Shown: positions 33,901 through 38,259 of the stretch, in pieces
Position numbering within the stretch: the first letter of the stretch is position 1
How the letters are laid out: every line of letters begins with the position of its first letter
The notes under the pieces: model-generated
Databases searched by the model: none
Seen by the model: the letters and a program-made list of their open reading frames with translations, nothing else
Told to the model about the DNA's origin: nothing
Source: a virus
Lineage: Duplodnaviria > Caudoviricetes
Virus record (IMG/VR): IMGVR_UViG_3300029317_000038
Location: 1 to 38,259 of that record
Direction: 5' to 3' (one strand)
Length of the DNA: 38,259 nt
Translations under genes and position numbers: made by a program

Positions 33901-34825
33901 TGAATTGATCACCCAAAAGCAGGCCGCGCAAATTGTTCGGTATGAAATTGAAAATAAGCTGGGGGTAAAGGTTAACGATGAAACTATTGAGTTTTTCGAT
34001 AGCAGGGGCCTGAGCCGGATTCGCGGTTTAGAGTTATTACAAGGCACCCAGCAAACCGTTGAACAGGTTGAGGAATGGGAACAGCAGCGCCAGGTATTGT
34101 TAACCCAGCGCCGTTTAACTCTGCCACGTTGGATGATGCAAACGCGGGTATATAAGACTTTGGGCGTGTGCCCACTAACAGGGGCCGGACAATTTAATGT
34201 GGAAGGTGCACGCGCAGTTATGACAATGTTAACCGGCACTGCCGAGGCCATTGATAACTACAACGCTTTAAACATTGGCCCACAGATTAATGGCCAGCCC
34301 ACATGCCCCACTCGGTTCGTTAAGGGGATTCTTGAGCGTATTGCGCCCGTTGTGAACGGCAAGAAGGTGCAAGGTGTGCAGTTTTACAGAATGCACAGCG
34401 AAAAATTTGCTGAGCTACTAGGCTACATCGAATCCCGTGCTGCCATCGGCCAAAACAGCCTGATTGTGGATACCACCGCCGAATTACACGATGACAACCA
34501 TACCGACTCAATGACCATCAAAACCCCGCAGGCCCCTGTTTCTCTGGCTTGCAGCCAGGGGGGAGAAATTACTTCTAATACTATATATAGAGAGAGTGAA
34601 TTCTCCCCCCAACAAGAGGCCATGCTTGTATCCGTAGTCGAATGGTTAAAACCTTCGACACACACCAACCAGAAATTATATACAACCGGCGCGCTGGGCT
34701 GGATGGGGATGGATGGACCGCGCACTATGGCTGATCTAATGAGCCGCGCCAGGGGCTGGGTTGATTCGAAGTGTAAGGACGCTCGCTGGGGTGATGTAGT
34801 GCCCATGATGGCCGAGGAGGTTTAG
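30953..34825 (+). CDS. repA: RepA primase-helicase replication protein (N15 RepA-like)
   Basis: Toprim motifs EGYATA, ADND, PTDFND; helicase motifs AHAMGKT, LCIDE, LADAD, ISSGVSI, QMIRRDR; 1290 aa. Confidence 0.9.
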   Translation: MNNNIGLVTFWNERFHPDSLHDWFSTFSYEISGTGALVDIDWDKSDTSNIYPGKTWGNPHIKTTASKHCHFVEVKWKEAKNGIKYPIIQFTSHTIGTQFWNGYEALAELNEREGGQRLSDIERERIQQKRLKQEAAIKAKKDHADKMLRIDEKHRLQHRANYKKRWESGVFNPELIAQHVYLQKKGIPASVVAASTSMPMAIVTGREFHKNDAGRYAKQARSWLGIPMQNFMGGYIGQQRVYENGKAHARGSDMTQAHFIIGNPQNAKQIEYFEGYATAASTYKTALAEDKGNDIAVIVCFDKRGLTRITKHYQQKWKAKKHIVRADNDHFKWLEGKGNAGMLAALVLQKELGVKATYPTFDSVCIKSKPTDFNDLEMLGGTKIAAKQLWGNEVNNLKADKNLFEYRLQLLSYSGQQSWLKNAKAAAAAGAHFIPEQLDRETVLKAIFEAIPSIKHPKTNKQLPVVKIKHGDKKTIRNHLNWVVRKRFKEAETTKNFTEDALKQDNINHIKVQAVLNSDGRYEIPSDVLTMIQAQSGATILKAAHAMGKTVKVMGPLIEANRKANKSGSSMIVHRITLADQMANELGLIHYQEIGVGEVGMATDLVSVLNSMPLPKFNDFFEQAGLLCIDEATQVLRHNMSGGDAIDTPVKIYNKLLAATRCAKKVLLADADANDSLIDFLQQARPGETINVIEVESPAIDLTIQYCNSVAFVFHKVMELAKANGELAAKNKALILNKIAPETLPKRILVATDHKNKAKAVAEGIKLQWPSARILCVTADTKGEAEVMAFTKDPDNQAKNIDVLIYSPMISSGVSIKKKLSCFDRHFGMFHGVVVPSDILQMIRRDRNASNFLVALEPNHNNQQTDRDAMVRGLMNAHALSASTLNWGEDETSIIIKKTPFDEMYLDIKIAEARARNNYSANTLMLMAAEGWKLERVEVTDTEAAVGKSELDASKDMVTLQRHLLINAEQTPEENQYHHLKRSELITQKQAAQIVRYEIENKLGVKVNDETIEFFDSRGLSRIRGLELLQGTQQTVEQVEEWEQQRQVLLTQRRLTLPRWMMQTRVYKTLGVCPLTGAGQFNVEGARAVMTMLTGTAEAIDNYNALNIGPQINGQPTCPTRFVKGILERIAPVVNGKKVQGVQFYRMHSEKFAELLGYIESRAAIGQNSLIVDTTAELHDDNHTDSMTIKTPQAPVSLACSQGGEITSNTIYRESEFSPQQEAMLVSVVEWLKPSTHTNQKLYTTGALGWMGMDGPRTMADLMSRARGWVDSKCKDARWGDVVPMMAEEV

Positions 34826-34829
34826 GGGC

Positions 34830-35147
34830 ATGGGTGAGCAAATACCACGCAAGTTTAGCAATGCCGACATATCCCGTATGTTTGGTGTGCCCCGCAGTAT
34901 TATGGCGCCCAGCATCAAGTTGGCCATTAGTCTTAATACCATTTCATGGGGTTCTGAATCGGTAGATAGAAGAGACAGAAGTGGCTCATGGGATAAATTC
35001 ATGTACTGCACTACTGGTTTATACCTTGGCACCAAGTGCCTCCCATTTGATTATGAATCTTTAAATGGACAGACCAAGCTATTTCACAGAGAGTCTTGTG
35101 CTGATGTTCGCGACATAATAATGAATATGATGAACTCATCAACATAA
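34830..35147 (+). CDS. Hypothetical protein, paralog of 23250..23573
   Basis: Starts 4 nt after the repA stop; strong similarity to the paralog. Confidence 0.8.
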   Translation: MGEQIPRKFSNADISRMFGVPRSIMAPSIKLAISLNTISWGSESVDRRDRSGSWDKFMYCTTGLYLGTKCLPFDYESLNGQTKLFHRESCADVRDIIMNMMNSST

Positions 35148-35161
35148 GGAGCGCAGGAAAT

Positions 35162-35347
35162 ATGAATGGAAATACTTTAGAGCCTTGCCCATTTCTCGTA
35201 ACAGGTGTTGATGTGTCAGCAGATCGTTTTTCTTATGATATTGAGTGGTTTCCTAGGCTCATAAAACCCACCTTAACGAGACAGCAGCACCAGGCCATTA
35301 CTATGGGTAAATTTAAACAAGAACGCCCAACAGGAGTTAAGGGCTAA
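35162..35347 (+). CDS. 61-aa protein containing a terminase-nuclease-like motif
   Basis: AGGA RBS; FLVTGVDVSADRFSYDI aligns without gaps to this phage's TerL YLTAGVDTQDNRFAYEI. Confidence 0.6.
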   Translation: MNGNTLEPCPFLVTGVDVSADRFSYDIEWFPRLIKPTLTRQQHQAITMGKFKQERPTGVKG

Positions 35348-35365
35348 TGGGGCTTAAGAAGACAT

Positions 35366-35395
35366 AAAAAAGCCCGGGAACAAGGCCCAGGCTTT
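35366..35395. terminator. Rho-independent terminator (stronger on the minus strand)
   Basis: Minus strand AGCCTGGG-CCTTGTT-CCCGGGCT then a T run. Confidence 0.65.
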
Positions 35396-35567
35396 CTAGC
35401 TGTTACATATAAAATCTATGGCAGGGAGCCACCCTTAAAACCAACAGTACAGAATCAACAGATCTAAAGCAATAGCGCCTTAGATTGCTCTTAATCAGCA
35501 TATTGCTACGCTTGATTTAAGCCGTGCTTTTCACCCTTTACCGCCGTTCAAGAGTAGCCAAGATTAA

Positions 35568-35759
35568 ATGAGCCCAACCAGTCACCCAGAAGCATTGCCT
35601 AAAATGCCACCCATCCAGGCCGATACAGTCACCCTGTATTTGGCCAAGGGCTGGGCCCTCTGGGCAAATACGGGTGATGTTGTGGGCTTGTACCGTGAAA
35701 CACAAAGCGGCTGCGAGCGGTTAGATGTGTGGCCAAATGGCCGGCTAGTCTCGTTATAA
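35568..35759 (+). CDS. Hypothetical 63-aa protein
   Basis: Open frame filling the gap; weak RBS. Confidence 0.4.
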   Translation: MSPTSHPEALPKMPPIQADTVTLYLAKGWALWANTGDVVGLYRETQSGCERLDVWPNGRLVSL

Positions 35760-35782
35760 ATTGATTTAAATCAATAATATAG

Positions 35783-36103
35783 TTAGTTATCTTCCTGCTC
35801 CCGCAACAACTCAATCAACTCCATTTTAGCCTCTGGCGTCATCGTATTCATATGAATATGCAGGCTGTCGATGGCACGGCTGAATTCATCCGTGGGGCGC
35901 CTGCCTTCGAGTAGCCATTCATACGTTAAGCCTGGGAAGTAGTGTACAAGGGCGGTGAGCTCATAATCGTACATGGGTGCGCCGCCCAAAATCCGAGAAA
36001 ATCGAGAGGCATTGATGTTAATGCGGGCTGCAATAATTCCCTGTTTGCGGTGGTACCCGAACTGCTTGAGCGTTAAAAGTAATCGCTCGGCGGGTGTTGT
36101 CAT
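35783..36103 (-). CDS. XRE/Cro-C1-type HTH transcription factor
   Basis: AERL..KQGIIAARININASRFSRILGG..YEWLLEG. Confidence 0.78.
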   Translation of the reverse strand: MTTPAERLLLTLKQFGYHRKQGIIAARININASRFSRILGGAPMYDYELTALVHYFPGLTYEWLLEGRRPTDEFSRAIDSLHIHMNTMTPEAKMELIELLREQEDN

Positions 36104-36153
36104 CTAAATACAGCTAAATTCTTAGGCCATGTATTTTAAATATAGTGCATAAA

Positions 36154-36169
36154 TTTTCATATATGAAAA
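36154..36169. promoter_or_regulatory. Perfect 16-bp palindrome between the TF and the small ORF (operator candidate)
   Basis: TTTTCATA|TATGAAAA. Confidence 0.55.
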
Positions 36170-36265
36170 AAAGTAGAGGCAATCTCCTACATGCGCTAGT
36201 TCACATTTCAGGCAGTATTCATGTCGTTAGATTACGTTCACTTACGGTAAAGGAGGATACTGATT

Positions 36266-36508
36266 GTGGAATTACGTCAGGACGTTAATACCCAACTAGA
36301 TAGCATCAAAAAGGAAATGAACCAGGCAAGTAGCTTGCTGGACATTTATATCCGTAGCACATCGATCGAGGATGCGAGCGAGCTAGCGGTGCTGCAAATA
36401 ATTGAAGATAAAATATATGGCGCTCAGGCCGCCATTAAGGAGGTACAACAACGAAAAGTAGGGACCCAAAACGGCGCCCCCATCTTTTTATTGCACGGTA
36501 AACTCTAA
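36266..36508 (+). CDS. 80-aa helical small protein, candidate antirepressor
   Basis: Strong AAGGAGG RBS, GTG start; divergent from the HTH TF, between repA and telN. Confidence 0.65.
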   Translation: MELRQDVNTQLDSIKKEMNQASSLLDIYIRSTSIEDASELAVLQIIEDKIYGAQAAIKEVQQRKVGTQNGAPIFLLHGKL

Positions 36509-38136
36509 GCGGGGGATGTATTCTCCTCGATATATTGGTCCCATCCCTGTTGTAAAGCATCGTTTCGTGATGTGCTGGGAATAATATATTGATGTGTGGC
36601 GTTGCCAATAATCACATCGACCTCAAACATGCCTGGGCGAAGTTCAGCCACTTTTAATCGTGGTTTAACAGTAGCTGCAGGTACCTTGTTTTTTTCCGGT
36701 GCCTTTTCTGGCGATTTTTCCGGTTGTTTTTCAGGTGTTTTTTTCACTTCACTATTTTGAATTGCGTCTGCTGCCAAAGCAGGGTCTGCGATCGCCTTCC
36801 AAGCCCTTATGACCGGACGGCCCGAGCCCACTTCCTGGATGATACGGTGCTGGCTTATCTTTGCGCTAGGGTCTTTTTCTAGTATGCCTATGGCCCACCT
36901 GGTGATTTTTAGCAGCGACCCTCGGCGCTGTATATCGGGGTGATTCATTAGAGCTTTGATCATTTCCAAGCGGCCCGTGGGTTGATCGGTTACCGCCTCT
37001 TCGCCCATGTGCAATATTTTAAACTGCTTGTACGCCTTCTGAGTTTCAATGTCTTCGTGGCAAAGCTGCTCATGCCAGAACACATCCTCATCTACTTTGG
37101 CCCAGCGTTTATCCTGGGTAAAGTGCTGTTCAAACACGATGCGGGCCCACACGGGGCGGCAGTCTTTGAATTTTCTATCCTTATCACCGTTCCATATTCG
37201 TCTGGCGGCTGTATTTAGGGTTTTAGCCATCTTTTGATTAATAGCGGTGTTGCGTTTTGTCTCTGGCATTTCATCCAGTACCGACAGGGCCATAATTTCG
37301 GGCTGCGCCTTTAGTAGATTGAAGGCGTTCATTACATCGGCCGCGGGCACGAGGGTGTAGATGTTGTATGTTTTTGAATAGTCGGCCCCGCCGCGTTTTT
37401 TGGCTGCACCAGAGAATTCGAGTTCGTATTCACCTATCTGTTTAAATTTCCCCTGGTAAACCACCTCAACTTGGCGGCGGCCAGTGGCAAAAGCGATACC
37501 AACGACTAAACGGCTAAAGCTGATGCTTTTGTTGGTGTCGGGTGACAGCAGGCTTTTTATGGTGGCCATTAGCCATGGGTAGTCCACGTTTATGGTGGCG
37601 GTTTTCTTATCCATCAATTTTTCATCGCGCTCATCCTTTTCTATGGCGCTCTTAGCGGACGGCAATGTGAGGCAAAGCATTATCTCGTGATCCAGTTTTA
37701 ATGCCTTCACATCCTCATAGGCTTTGGTGTGACTACGAATATCGAGCAGTACAGCCTTATGCTGCAAACGTGTCTCGGTAATATTGGATTGTCGGATGCT
37801 TTTGATCTTATCGGCCAGCTTAGGGTAGCGGTTAGCCAACAGCTGAATTTTGGTATCCAGGCTGTGATGGTGCCAGTTTTCGGCGGTAATGGCCTGCCTT
37901 ATAAATGTAAGGTACCGGCGATATGTCGATATCTTTATTTTTTTCTCTTCTTTTTTTCGACCGTCATCATGCAGCTTATTTTTAACTGACGTCCCTAATG
38001 CACGGTGCCTGCGGGTTCTTTCAGATTGGTCCCACTCGCTATTGGAATCGGTTTTCTTAATCCGCTTAATAGTATCAATGGCTATTTGTTTGTAATTAAC
38101 CGTGCCTGAAGCTGCCCTTGTTTTAACTTTTTCCAT
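36505..38136 (-). CDS. telN: Protelomerase (telomere resolvase)
   Basis: Catalytic-type motifs ATGRRQVEV (R), GAAKKR (K), FKDCR (R), LCHED (H), TQKAYKQF (Y); adjacent to the terminal repeat. Confidence 0.95.
   Translation of the reverse strand: MEKVKTRAASGTVNYKQIAIDTIKRIKKTDSNSEWDQSERTRRHRALGTSVKNKLHDDGRKKEEKKIKISTYRRYLTFIRQAITAENWHHHSLDTKIQLLANRYPKLADKIKSIRQSNITETRLQHKAVLLDIRSHTKAYEDVKALKLDHEIMLCLTLPSAKSAIEKDERDEKLMDKKTATINVDYPWLMATIKSLLSPDTNKSISFSRLVVGIAFATGRRQVEVVYQGKFKQIGEYELEFSGAAKKRGGADYSKTYNIYTLVPAADVMNAFNLLKAQPEIMALSVLDEMPETKRNTAINQKMAKTLNTAARRIWNGDKDRKFKDCRPVWARIVFEQHFTQDKRWAKVDEDVFWHEQLCHEDIETQKAYKQFKILHMGEEAVTDQPTGRLEMIKALMNHPDIQRRGSLLKITRWAIGILEKDPSAKISQHRIIQEVGSGRPVIRAWKAIADPALAADAIQNSEVKKTPEKQPEKSPEKAPEKNKVPAATVKPRLKVAELRPGMFEVDVIIGNATHQYIIPSTSRNDALQQGWDQYIEENTSPA
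36692..36739. repeat. Four 12-bp tandem repeats encoding (T/Q/S/A)PEK in the protelomerase linker
   Basis: TPEKQPEKSPEKAPEK. Confidence 0.75.
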
Positions 38137-38169
38137 CGTATTTTCCCTAATCTCAAATGACAATGTATA

Positions 38170-38197
38170 AATATACATGGGTATGCCCTATTGTCAA
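38170..38197 (-). promoter_or_regulatory. Promoter for the protelomerase gene
   Basis: TTGACA-16 nt-TATATT; the spacer contains the telomeric ATAGGG motif. Confidence 0.7.
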
Positions 38198-38231
38198 CTA
38201 GTGTATGTTTTAACCCTATATCTATATGAAC

Positions 38232-38259
38232 ATAGGGCCAAAACATACATGCACATTTC
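38232..38259. repeat. Right telomere half-site (telR); inverted repeat of 7..34
   Basis: ATAGGGCCAAAACATACATGCACATTTC, 25/28 match to the reverse complement of the left end. Confidence 0.85.

Larger units (their letters stand above)
1..38259. mobile_element. Linear plasmid-prophage (telomere phage) with a lambda-like siphovirus head-tail module, apparently the whole genome
   Basis: Protelomerase at one end, ParA at the other, terminal inverted repeat, N15-type RepA, complete head-tail-lysis set, no integrase seen. Confidence 0.93.

Noticed and set aside
23250-35147. Paralog pair as DGR template/variable repeats or an invertible segment
   Set aside because: No reverse transcriptase or invertase gene seen; both copies are intact ORFs and the differences are not confined to adenines
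361-38095. Many opposite-strand or alternate-frame ORFs in the track (e.g. 361..804, 971..1468, 14334..14858, 20476..21012, 21181..21687, 27286..27828, 34736..35035)
   Set aside because: They shadow well-supported genes and show no recognisable motifs
36505-38136. Tyrosine integrase with att sites
   Set aside because: Motif spacing and the terminal position fit a protelomerase; no flanking host DNA or att direct repeats
29830-38200. LexA (SOS) boxes near cI, repA, the TF-smORF module and telN
   Set aside because: Several CTGT half-sites occur, but none inspected completes CTG-N10-CAG; manual search only

Overview
The window appears to be a complete (or nearly complete) 38.3-kb linear plasmid-prophage ('telomere phage', N15/VP882/phiHAP-1 lifestyle) in its prophage orientation. 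The two ends form an imperfect inverted repeat (telL/telR). A protelomerase gene lies at the right end and a short ParA plus small ribbon-helix-helix partner at the left end. The minus strand carries a lambda-like siphovirus morphogenesis operon (Nu1/GpA terminase, lambda portal, ClpP-capsid fusion, tail genes with a -1 frameshift, SGNH-domain tail protein), an internal cos-like site, lysis genes, an orphan DNA methyltransferase and an early operon (CII-like, Q-like, RdgC-FtsK-gamma, SSB, dUTPase, dNMP kinase, DnaQ exonuclease). The plus strand carries a CI-like repressor and a 1290-aa primase-helicase RepA. The most unusual signals are: (1) eight dispersed arrays of in-phase 8-bp repeats at parA, repA, the cos region and early genes; (2) two small genes after repA that carry a terminase-nuclease motif and a portal-like (or HTH) motif, one of them duplicated elsewhere in the genome, which are candidate decoys or mimics; (3) a repressor that appears non-cleavable, paired with a divergent HTH + 80-aa small-ORF module between repA and telN; (4) a probable antisense RNA in the repA leader. 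All protein calls come from motifs and gene order read by eye. No database search was run and the host is not identifiable from the sequence.
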